A DNA stretch of 64,000 bases. Source: Pseudomonadota bacterium (GTDB taxonomy: Bacteria > Bdellovibrionota_C > UBA2361 > OMII01). The stretch is from contig JAYPVM010000001.1 in NCBI GenBank assembly GCA_038134595.1, positions 355,369 to 419,368 of the forward strand. The letters run 5' to 3'. The position numbers were made by a program, and so were the translations under genes. How positions within the stretch are numbered: position 1 is the stretch's first letter; every line of letters starts with the position of its first letter. This document shows, piece by piece, positions 39,571-47,748 of this stretch. The notes under the pieces are model-generated. The model saw only the letters and a list, made by a program, of their open reading frames with translations. It ran no database searches and was not told the DNA's origin.

Positions 39571-42435
39571 TTAGGAACGCTTCCAAAGGACGTCAAGATC
39601 CTTTACATAGTAGAGTGGATCAAAAGAAAATATCTCTTTATAGGGAAGCGAAAACTGTTCGTTAACCTCTCTTATCCTGGCTGTCAGTGCTTGTTCGAAC
39701 ATTCCTCCAGTTCGATTAGTTCGAATCCCTGAGTCTTGAGAGGTGGCTATTATGTCTATGTCGTTTTGCTCTGCAAACTCCTGTAGAATCCGCATGGTTT
39801 CATCAAAGAAGCGTTGTTCGTCAACTCTGTAGAGCAATGAAGAACTTGGGTTGATTGAAGCCGATAGAATACGCTTGTCTTCCTCTTTGTAATAATGAAG
39901 CAAGACGCCACCGACGCATCGCTTGGTTTCTTCGTCTCGAAATACTAGGTTAAAGTAATCCTTGGTTTGCCACATGTTGTCGTTGGGAAATTTGAGGCCG
40001 GGTCGTGGAACATCGCCTGCGACGCAAACTCCTGCTGAGAAGGGCATCCCTGCTGATTGGGAGCATTTGGTAATAAAGGCAGAGATAGAGGGTGTAGAGT
40101 TTGTGCTCTCACCTTCGGGGGTATACTTTTTAATTTCGATGTCAATAAGACGCAGGTCTTCCTCAAAGAGGGCTGACAAGTGACCTCTGAGCCTGTTACG
40201 GTCTGATTGCTCGGAGATAGTATCGATGGCTTTCTTGACCGAATCTGGTACGACAGTTTCCAGGAATTCGCGGAGTTCGAGTAAATAGGCATATTCTCTG
40301 TTGGGAGCTTGATCGACTCTATCCTGAGAGTCGGATGCATATTCACGGAAGTTTTGCTCTCGAAGAGCATGATATAAAACAGCTAGCTGCCGACAAGCTC
40401 TTCCTTTTTTGGGGTTTCCTGCCGCTAATTCGATAGCGGCAAGTATCTTCTCCTCCGTAGAGCTCCCAGAGATATCTGGAAAGCTACCCTGTATAGTTTC
40501 GTCAAACTCATTTTGTAGTTCTTGTGCTGACTCTGGGGTCTTGTCGATAATTCGTTGAGGCGTTTGGATGTATCGTTGTAGCCGGTTTAGCAGGGAGGAA
40601 TCTGGCTCTATTCCTTTTTTTAAGACCATTGTTTTTCCAGCGAGAAGATTTAAGTTCTGTTTTGGTGGAACCTCAAATAGATCAAGGTCTTCAGAGCGAT
40701 CTTCAGCTTGGGCGATTTTTTCAAAAGTGGCGCCAGGATATGCATAGGCAAAAATCATCGGATATAAGGGATCGCTCCTATACTCATCCGGTATCTCTTT
40801 AGGGGTAACGGAAGCCTCGAGGATGTCATGCGCTCTTACAAGAAGAGCCTTCGCCGCGGATTCGTTTTGGGCAAATTGTTCTTGATAGATTTTATAGAGG
40901 TTTGGTTCGCGCAGCCTAGTCTCGTTTTTAAATGTGAGCAGTGCTGGATGCTCGTTGCGTAATCGCTTAAGTAATCGTTCGGGAAAAAAGTCGAGGTTTT
41001 CAATTATTTGCTCTATTCGATTCCCCTGGATGAGTGACTCTAAGAGTGCAGTTTTGGAACGATTACTCCATTCAAAACAGCGGCGGTGAAGAAGAGCCTG
41101 ATCTATATGGCCATCATTAATGAATTTAAGGAGAATGTGTTCCGGTAAATTTGAAAAAGATTCGACATAGATAACGAACTGAGACCGCAACAACTCATTG
41201 CTCCAGATGGTGTTAAAGAAAGTTTCATCGTAGAAAATTGGTTGAATTTCTCGGGGTAAATTTAGATTATCCCATTCAATTTTAGTTAGAATAGCCTTAT
41301 CTCTTTCGATGGCGTCTGCAATATGCCCATGACTTGTTGCATCAAGATTGTCCCATCTTCTTAGGCACTCTTCGACTGTGCTTACTGGGCAGTTTTTTAA
41401 ACCAGCGAGGACAACATCTTCTGGAATATGTGTGAAGGCATCAAGTAGGCAGGGCTCACTAAATAAGCGGTTTGCAATATTTCCTCCGTCGTTTAGTCCG
41501 CGGGCGAGCTTGTTGAGTACCAGAGAGCTCCACCCAGCTGGCGCTGCTCCAAGGTCGTCGATTCCACCTTCAATGAGCCCTTGATAGACTGCGACGCGGT
41601 ACTGCTCAAGGGTGAGAGAAGAGGGAGACTTGTTTCTGTCTAAGTTAGAAATCAAACTATCGAGTTTGTCGTCTATCCAATCGTCAGCATCTTCATGATG
41701 CATGCTTCGAGCCATGAGTCTTCCCAGAATCCGGATGTGATCGGGATTGCTTGTGTCGCAATATCCGCTAAACCCTTGAATCATGCGGGTATGGATCGCT
41801 GGTTGACTGTGTGGAGACTCATATAAATCTGAAACAAGCCGAGTTACTGCCAGTGGCCCAAGTATTTGGAAGGCGGGTTCCCAGTTGCCCTCGTTTTCAG
41901 TGCGACTCTCCGCGGCGAAATCTTCGGTAAAGCTTACTGCTTCTTCAAAGAGATCTTCAAAATTCTCGTTGGACGGATAGCATGAATGTAGTGTTTTTAA
42001 TGCGCCAACTATCCTCCATGCTAAGTCATTATGGGGGCAGTCAAACCCAATATCTTTGCGGGCTTGTTTGTACGTTTCTATGATCACGGAATGTAAGGTG
42101 TCCGATGCGACTATGTGATGTAAGCCATCGCTGTTGGCGCGTTGTGTGGCTATGCTTGATAATCGTAAAACCGTAGCGAGTTCTTCATGCGCCCGCGGAT
42201 TGTTTGTACGCAGTGCGTTTGCTAGTTGCATTGCCGCGGTCACTACCGAGGGTTCTGAGTTCTTTATATGAATCTTAGCCAACGAGCCACGTTCTTGATT
42301 ATCTCCAAGTGTTATTGTGATATCACATGCCGTATCAGTGAGAGTGCCTTGGCAAGAGACATGGTCGAGATACTTGAGTTGGCTTGTAACATCAATCGCC
42401 GCGGTCTGTTTTGGATTAGATTGGGTTGGAGCCAT
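39571..42435 (-). CDS. Large hypothetical protein (954 aa)
   Basis: Long open frame; helical middle, alpha/beta C-terminal domain; no signal peptide. Confidence 0.7.
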   Translation of the reverse strand: MAPTQSNPKQTAAIDVTSQLKYLDHVSCQGTLTDTACDITITLGDNQERGSLAKIHIKNSEPSVVTAAMQLANALRTNNPRAHEELATVLRLSSIATQRANSDGLHHIVASDTLHSVIIETYKQARKDIGFDCPHNDLAWRIVGALKTLHSCYPSNENFEDLFEEAVSFTEDFAAESRTENEGNWEPAFQILGPLAVTRLVSDLYESPHSQPAIHTRMIQGFSGYCDTSNPDHIRILGRLMARSMHHEDADDWIDDKLDSLISNLDRNKSPSSLTLEQYRVAVYQGLIEGGIDDLGAAPAGWSSLVLNKLARGLNDGGNIANRLFSEPCLLDAFTHIPEDVVLAGLKNCPVSTVEECLRRWDNLDATSHGHIADAIERDKAILTKIEWDNLNLPREIQPIFYDETFFNTIWSNELLRSQFVIYVESFSNLPEHILLKFINDGHIDQALLHRRCFEWSNRSKTALLESLIQGNRIEQIIENLDFFPERLLKRLRNEHPALLTFKNETRLREPNLYKIYQEQFAQNESAAKALLVRAHDILEASVTPKEIPDEYRSDPLYPMIFAYAYPGATFEKIAQAEDRSEDLDLFEVPPKQNLNLLAGKTMVLKKGIEPDSSLLNRLQRYIQTPQRIIDKTPESAQELQNEFDETIQGSFPDISGSSTEEKILAAIELAAGNPKKGRACRQLAVLYHALREQNFREYASDSQDRVDQAPNREYAYLLELREFLETVVPDSVKKAIDTISEQSDRNRLRGHLSALFEEDLRLIDIEIKKYTPEGESTNSTPSISAFITKCSQSAGMPFSAGVCVAGDVPRPGLKFPNDNMWQTKDYFNLVFRDEETKRCVGGVLLHYYKEEDKRILSASINPSSSLLYRVDEQRFFDETMRILQEFAEQNDIDIIATSQDSGIRTNRTGGMFEQALTARIREVNEQFSLPYKEIFSFDPLYYVKDLDVLWKRS

Positions 42436-42524
42436 GGCTATTTACATGCTGTTTCTAGCGTTTGTCCTCATCACAATTTACTCGAAGGTATTCAAACTCT
42501 GCCTAAAATGTGGAAGTGCTGTGG

Positions 42525-43001
42525 TTAATAATCCGATCGTGGTGGAAGCGGCTCATCGGCTAACCCCAATATGGAACGAAACCGCTTTCGCAAATAAACC
42601 TCCATGCTGTCCACAACGCCGTTACAACGAATAAGTGTATCGATGAGCTGGGCAATCGCTTTTTTGGTTGTAGGATCGAGGATGTCTTTTAACTGTGTCG
42701 CTTCTGCGGAGCTGCTTCGCATTGACGATAAGTGGGTTCGAGCCTTTATGAGTAGATTATTTACAGCTTGGTCTGAGATGTTAAATATCGATTTTAATCC
42801 ATTCTGAATGACCGACTTTTCAAACTTGTCGACAACATGGTCGGAAGATGCCACTTCAAGGAGTATGATGGCTGTAGCCAGTGGAACGTCGATACCTTTC
42901 GAATTTTTCTTGGAGTTGTTCTTTGCTTGCTCCATTCTTTGAATGATCTCATCGATGGAGAGCCTTTCGTTAGGTTCGTTATTGGTAGAATCGTCGCTCA
43001 T
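42525..43001 (-). CDS. TerB family protein
   Basis: ATAIILLEVASSDHVVDKFEKSVI and LIRCNGVVDSME motifs. Confidence 0.75.
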   Translation of the reverse strand: MSDDSTNNEPNERLSIDEIIQRMEQAKNNSKKNSKGIDVPLATAIILLEVASSDHVVDKFEKSVIQNGLKSIFNISDQAVNNLLIKARTHLSSMRSSSAEATQLKDILDPTTKKAIAQLIDTLIRCNGVVDSMEVYLRKRFRSILGLADEPLPPRSDY

Positions 43002-43130
43002 CGCTATCCCTTAAAAATCCATACACTCAGATGGTTATGACATCGACAGTCTTGATCTGTAGCTTAAGGGGTGTAGGCATTTTTTAAGACGCCCTGTGCT
43101 CGATATGCTTGAAGCTAACTGTAAATACAA

Positions 43131-43898
43131 CTAGTTGCGGTTCACAGCGTTTGAATAATCCTGAAAAGTTCTCGTGTGGATGATGCGCTCAAGCTCTGGG
43201 AGCCCCGTTACGCCAAAGGGGGCAACTATGCGATAGATACAGTGCTCGATATCATCGCGATACGCAAATTCAACCTGTCCGATACCCTTATAAGGCTTTT
43301 TCATGGTGGCACCAGCTGCAATCGTTGTCCATTCTCCCTCGTTTGAACAGCCGCGGTATTGAATCGCTATCGGCACATTAGGGAGTTTTCGATTGTTTGC
43401 GCGCACTGTAACGCGAGCGACACATGAGAGATTTTGAGGCACTGCATTTGATTGTCTGATGGTAAGTCGATTCTCAAAGTAGATGTCGCATAGTCCTACG
43501 ATTGCAGCTCCAAACTCTAGTGATTCGGAATCAATTTGTAACAAGCGAGGATTGAATGTAAGTGTAATCGAGACGGTGCCGCCCTCTTCAGGGATTGCAA
43601 TCGTTACAAACGATGAGCCGTTCTCAGTGGAGATTTCAAGGGTAACGTTCTCTTGTTCCGGTTCGGTGAGTAGTTCAAACTCTCCGGAATCCGACGTGAT
43701 ATCCTCTGAACCGGTTTCCACAACCCGCACGTTTACAGATTCAATCGGCACTCCGGATTCATCAAAAACAGCCCCTTGAACGACTACAATTGGGCCGGTG
43801 CCTGTTCCTGCGGAGCCACCACCACAACCCATGAGCATGAGTACTATCACCAATAGAACGGAAAAGAAGCCAAGAAAGATATTGTTGCTATTTGTCAT
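43131..43898 (-). CDS. Lipoprotein with carboxypeptidase-regulatory-like domain
   Basis: Lipobox LMGC-GGGSAGTG; G.V.DESG.PI..V.V...TSDSGEF. Confidence 0.7.
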   Translation of the reverse strand: MTNSNNIFLGFFSVLLVIVLMLMGCGGGSAGTGTGPIVVVQGAVFDESGVPIESVNVRVVETGSEDITSDSGEFELLTEPEQENVTLEISTENGSSFVTIAIPEEGGTVSITLTFNPRLLQIDSESLEFGAAIVGLCDIYFENRLTIRQSNAVPQNLSCVARVTVRANNRKLPNVPIAIQYRGCSNEGEWTTIAAGATMKKPYKGIGQVEFAYRDDIEHCIYRIVAPFGVTGLPELERIIHTRTFQDYSNAVNRN

Positions 43899-44691
43899 CG
43901 CTTGCCTCCTCTTCGGTGCACAAGCTAAATGAGCCAACGGTGACGCGACCGCCACCTGCATCTTTATGGCGAGTGGGATTGAGGTCTTTATCAAAGGAGC
44001 CAACGTACTCGCGCACTTCCTTATGAAAGGCCGCACCTCGCTCAAGGATCCAATCTCTAATTTGCGGAATGGCTTCTTTGGAAACATTATCAAATGAAGT
44101 CGCAATATGCAGGTTTGGTGTCGCCTGTGGGTTTGTAATATTCGAGTCAACGCTTTTTACCAGCGTTGCGATGTCTGATGAGAGTAGCGCATACGCATCA
44201 TCGATGTCACCGCTTACTTGGTAACTATTCCAAAGAAGATGAACGCCCTTTGTATCTCGACGAACCAGATTTAGTCGCTCTAGTTCAAAGAGCACTGTCG
44301 ATGGATTTATATCTTGGCTAACGCTTTTTACGAGGGCGTTGAAACTGTATGTGGAATCATCTGTCTGTAACGGTCGGGGAGAGCCGTTTTCGGAGAACGC
44401 ATCGCTTGATGACCATAGTCCGATAACTTTCGTCATAAGGTCGGTATGGCGGAGGTCTTCGGTGTTGAGCGATAAAACCTTTTGTACATCACGCCGTTGT
44501 AGCCCGGTCATGACACTTAATTTACTCGTATTCGATTCTTGATTGGTTCGAGTAAGCTCTGCTTTGGCTTCATCGAGTAGCGTGTCTTTTAGATCCTCGA
44601 TGATAGTCCTAACCTTGATGCCTCGCCTGATTGCAAACCGTACCGCTGGCCGTAACAGGTGTTTTAGGATTGTTGAAGAGGCGTTTTTCAT
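43888..44691 (-). CDS. DUF6502-type protein (N-terminal HTH-like)
   Basis: LLRPAVRFAIRRG, SKLSVMTGLQRRDV, VIGLW, PRPL, SFNALVKSVSQDI.P..VL.ELERL. Confidence 0.75.
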   Translation of the reverse strand: MKNASSTILKHLLRPAVRFAIRRGIKVRTIIEDLKDTLLDEAKAELTRTNQESNTSKLSVMTGLQRRDVQKVLSLNTEDLRHTDLMTKVIGLWSSSDAFSENGSPRPLQTDDSTYSFNALVKSVSQDINPSTVLFELERLNLVRRDTKGVHLLWNSYQVSGDIDDAYALLSSDIATLVKSVDSNITNPQATPNLHIATSFDNVSKEAIPQIRDWILERGAAFHKEVREYVGSFDKDLNPTRHKDAGGGRVTVGSFSLCTEEEASDDK

Positions 44692-44975
44692 GGAATGCCT
44701 GTCAGGTGTGCGTATTACACACCCAAGATAAATATCTAAGATGCTGTAATCAGACACTATACTAGAAATGTACAACTAGCAATGTGCTTTTTACACATTC
44801 TGAAGCTACTGTATCGTTTTTGGGTTAGTAGGGTGCTCATGAGCAAGGCCGCATCAATATGATTAGCTAATTCGGATGGTTAGCGCATTCAATGCAAGAT
44901 TTACTCTGGGGCTTCAGTGATATTTGTGGCAGTGTTTTTTTGTCGATTAACCTATACGTGTACAGAACGAAAAGT

Positions 44976-46211
44976 ATGCCTGTCTTTCATCTATTCGCTA
45001 TTTTACTTGCCTTGGCCGCCATGTGTTCGTGGCTTAATTATCGGCTCATCAAGTTACCAGCTGCTATCGGAGTAATGGCCATAAGCCTTCTGTGTTCACT
45101 GGTGCTTATCGCCTTGGGAAGGGCTGGCTATGTTGATATCACCGCAACGAGGGCGTTTGTCCGGCAGTTTGATTTTCAAGAGCTTGTTCTGCATGGAATA
45201 CTTGCGTTTTTGCTCTTTGCAGGTGGTTTAAGCCTTGAGATGGCAGCACTCAAGACTCAGAGAGGAATGATAGCGATGCTTTCTAGTATTGGAGTGCTTA
45301 TAGGTACGTGTTTGACCGGGACACTCTTTTGGTCGCTCTTGTCTCTTATTGGAATAGATATTCCATTTGTGATTGCACTTCTCTTTGGTGCGATTGTTTC
45401 TCCAACCGATGCAGTGGCTATCCTAGGGATCCTTCGAAAGGTAGGAGTGCCAAAATCACTAGAGGTTAAGTTAGTTGGTGAATCTCTCTTTAACGATGGT
45501 ATCGGCGTTGTTGTGTTTTTTGCTATTGCCAGTCTTGCATATGGCGCAGGAATGACAGTGAGTGAAGTTGGAACAACTCTGGCTTTAGAGGTTGTGGGAG
45601 GAAGTGCTCTCGGAGCGGCACTAGGCTGGGCAGGATACCGAGCGCTTCGCGCTATCGACGATCACGTTGTTGAGATACTTATCACCTTGGCTCTAGCTGG
45701 AGGAGGTTATGCTTTAGCGGAAGTAGTGCATGTATCAGCACCTATCTGTGTTGTTGTGGCAGGACTCATTACTGGCAATCAAGGGTATACCTATGCGATG
45801 TCTCAAAACACACAAGAGCACCTCGATATCTTCTGGGAGTTAATCGATGAGCTTTTAAATGTGATGCTCTTTGTGCTTATGGGATTAGAGATTATTACCT
45901 TAGAGCTTTCAGGCTCGTATTGGCTTGCGTGCAGTATTGCTGTTTTTGTAGTGCTTATGAGCAGAACCTGCGGAGTAGCGAGCATTGTGAGTGTAAGTAG
46001 TAGGTTTAGAACCTTTAGCCCCCATGCAGTAAAGATCTTAACGTGGGGCGGGCTCCGAGGAGGAATCTCAGTTGCTCTAGCACTGTCGCTTCCAGAGAGT
46101 GAGTATCGAAGCCTAATCGTACTGTGTACGTACGCGGTAGTTTTGTTCTCAGTATTAGTGCAAGGGATTACGCTTCCTATGTTGCTTCGGTATGCGAAGC
46201 GGAATGTATGA
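44976..46211 (+). CDS. CPA1 Na+/H+ antiporter (NhaP type)
   Basis: FLLFAGGL, FGAIVSPTDAVA, GESLFNDG, FWELIDE.LN, TWGGLRGGISVALALSLP. Confidence 0.93.
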   Translation: MPVFHLFAILLALAAMCSWLNYRLIKLPAAIGVMAISLLCSLVLIALGRAGYVDITATRAFVRQFDFQELVLHGILAFLLFAGGLSLEMAALKTQRGMIAMLSSIGVLIGTCLTGTLFWSLLSLIGIDIPFVIALLFGAIVSPTDAVAILGILRKVGVPKSLEVKLVGESLFNDGIGVVVFFAIASLAYGAGMTVSEVGTTLALEVVGGSALGAALGWAGYRALRAIDDHVVEILITLALAGGGYALAEVVHVSAPICVVVAGLITGNQGYTYAMSQNTQEHLDIFWELIDELLNVMLFVLMGLEIITLELSGSYWLACSIAVFVVLMSRTCGVASIVSVSSRFRTFSPHAVKILTWGGLRGGISVALALSLPESEYRSLIVLCTYAVVLFSVLVQGITLPMLLRYAKRNV

Positions 46212-46245
46212 CGCGGCTTTACTATTTTTATGCGGTCTCTCGACC

Positions 46246-47559
46246 TTATTCGGATGTTTTGAGACGCAGTATGATTCGGGCGAAAGCATTCGGACGAAAA
46301 TCATCAGCAGAGCGAAGAACATCAAAGAGAGCATCTAGATCTTTCCCATGTTGAGAGCGGATATCTGGATTAGTTGCCAGGATAGACTGCAGCCCCATGC
46401 CGAGCTGTTCTGCGACTTCAAATGTCGGAAAGGGAGTAGCTTCGCCAAAGGCTAGGAGCCCTGAAAAGAGCTGGCGCGTTGTTTGTGGCGAATAATTAAG
46501 TGCTTGCACCATCGGACGAACGGATTCTTGTAGAAACTGTTGAAGCTTTAAGAGAGAGTCTACTGCGCCCTTATCTGAAAATGACTGATGAATCCCTTCC
46601 GTTAATTTGGCTAGTGTTCTTGCCTTCTCTGGATCTACTTTAGAGAGGCCGGCTTGAAGAAGTAGTAGGGGAGCAAGATTAAGTTTAAGGCTTCCTGGCT
46701 CTTTTGCATACGAGCGCTCCTTCCACTGGTTAAGCTTTAAGGGATGATGACAGGAGTAGCAATCAAAGATGCTTAGCTCAGGAAGCATCCCACGCCGAAC
46801 AAAGGAAGGGTCTTGTAATTGTGTTGCCAAAGCGATGCTGTGTTCAAGTTGTCCGGTTAGCCACGTTTTAGCTGGGATGTATGCGCCTTTTCTTTTTTTG
46901 TAGTCTTCATCAACAACCCAGTGCTTAGGTTCCAAAATGCTGTAGGTATCAAGCTCGAATGTTAAACGCGGATGTCCGGCGCCGTAGAGCTTGTGTGTTA
47001 CTTGTTGTTTCGTATCGCCGTAGTGGCACGACAAGCAGAGTTCTGCGCGCGCATTGAGAGAATAGGTATCATGGAGTCCGTTTTGAAGGTTCTGTTCATG
47101 TGTAGCCCCACGCTCTGCATGGCTTGTTAGCCAATTTTGACTGGCTCCGTGACACGATTCACATGATACTCCATCTTCTACTGAGTATTTCTCTCCTTGA
47201 AGCGAGGTGTCTGCTACATACGTTGCATGACACCGTAAGCATAGCGGCTCTTTTGTCGCATCTGATATCCCAAGGTGTTTTGCCATCTTCTTTGCATCAG
47301 AAGTCATGAGATTTGTATATGCCTTGGAGTGCTTATCGTGTGAGGCCCACGTCGTGTATTCATTTTGCAGCACATTCGTGCTCTTTCTAGCCTTTGTCGC
47401 ACCGTGGCAATTTGATGATGAGCACGAACCAGTGCCTTCGTATCGAGGAAGGGCGTACGCAGAAGCTACGGTGTATCCGACCAAGAAAGCAGTGGAGATC
47501 GCACAGAAAGAATAAAGCCTTGTTACGTGTGCGATTAGTTGAAATGTTTTGGTCTTCAT
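46246..47559 (-). CDS. Exported multiheme c-type cytochrome (c554-like N-terminal domain)
   Basis: Signal peptide; CSSSNCH, CLRCH, CESCH, CLSCH, CYSCH; GVSCESCHG, YGAGHPRL.FELD. Confidence 0.88.
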   Translation of the reverse strand: MKTKTFQLIAHVTRLYSFCAISTAFLVGYTVASAYALPRYEGTGSCSSSNCHGATKARKSTNVLQNEYTTWASHDKHSKAYTNLMTSDAKKMAKHLGISDATKEPLCLRCHATYVADTSLQGEKYSVEDGVSCESCHGASQNWLTSHAERGATHEQNLQNGLHDTYSLNARAELCLSCHYGDTKQQVTHKLYGAGHPRLTFELDTYSILEPKHWVVDEDYKKRKGAYIPAKTWLTGQLEHSIALATQLQDPSFVRRGMLPELSIFDCYSCHHPLKLNQWKERSYAKEPGSLKLNLAPLLLLQAGLSKVDPEKARTLAKLTEGIHQSFSDKGAVDSLLKLQQFLQESVRPMVQALNYSPQTTRQLFSGLLAFGEATPFPTFEVAEQLGMGLQSILATNPDIRSQHGKDLDALFDVLRSADDFRPNAFARIILRLKTSE

Positions 47560-47657
47560 TACATCGTAAAGGTTGTGTGTAATCTATCTAACGAGTTGAT
47601 GATAGCGTTGTAGTTAGATGCATGGAACACTAGCTTTATATGCGAAGAAGTTTTTAA

Positions 47658-47700
47658 TTGCCAAGAGAAGAATCTTGAATACAATCGAAGTGTTCTCAAG
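47658..47700 (+). promoter_or_regulatory. Putative sigma70 promoter with overlapping imperfect inverted repeat
   Basis: TTGCCA-16-TACAAT; CTTGAATACA-N7-TGTTCTCAAG dyad over the -10 box. Confidence 0.35.
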
Positions 47701-47748
47701 TTTAGGGGGATACGGAAGTCTCCTTAGAAACACACTGTTCTATTAAGT

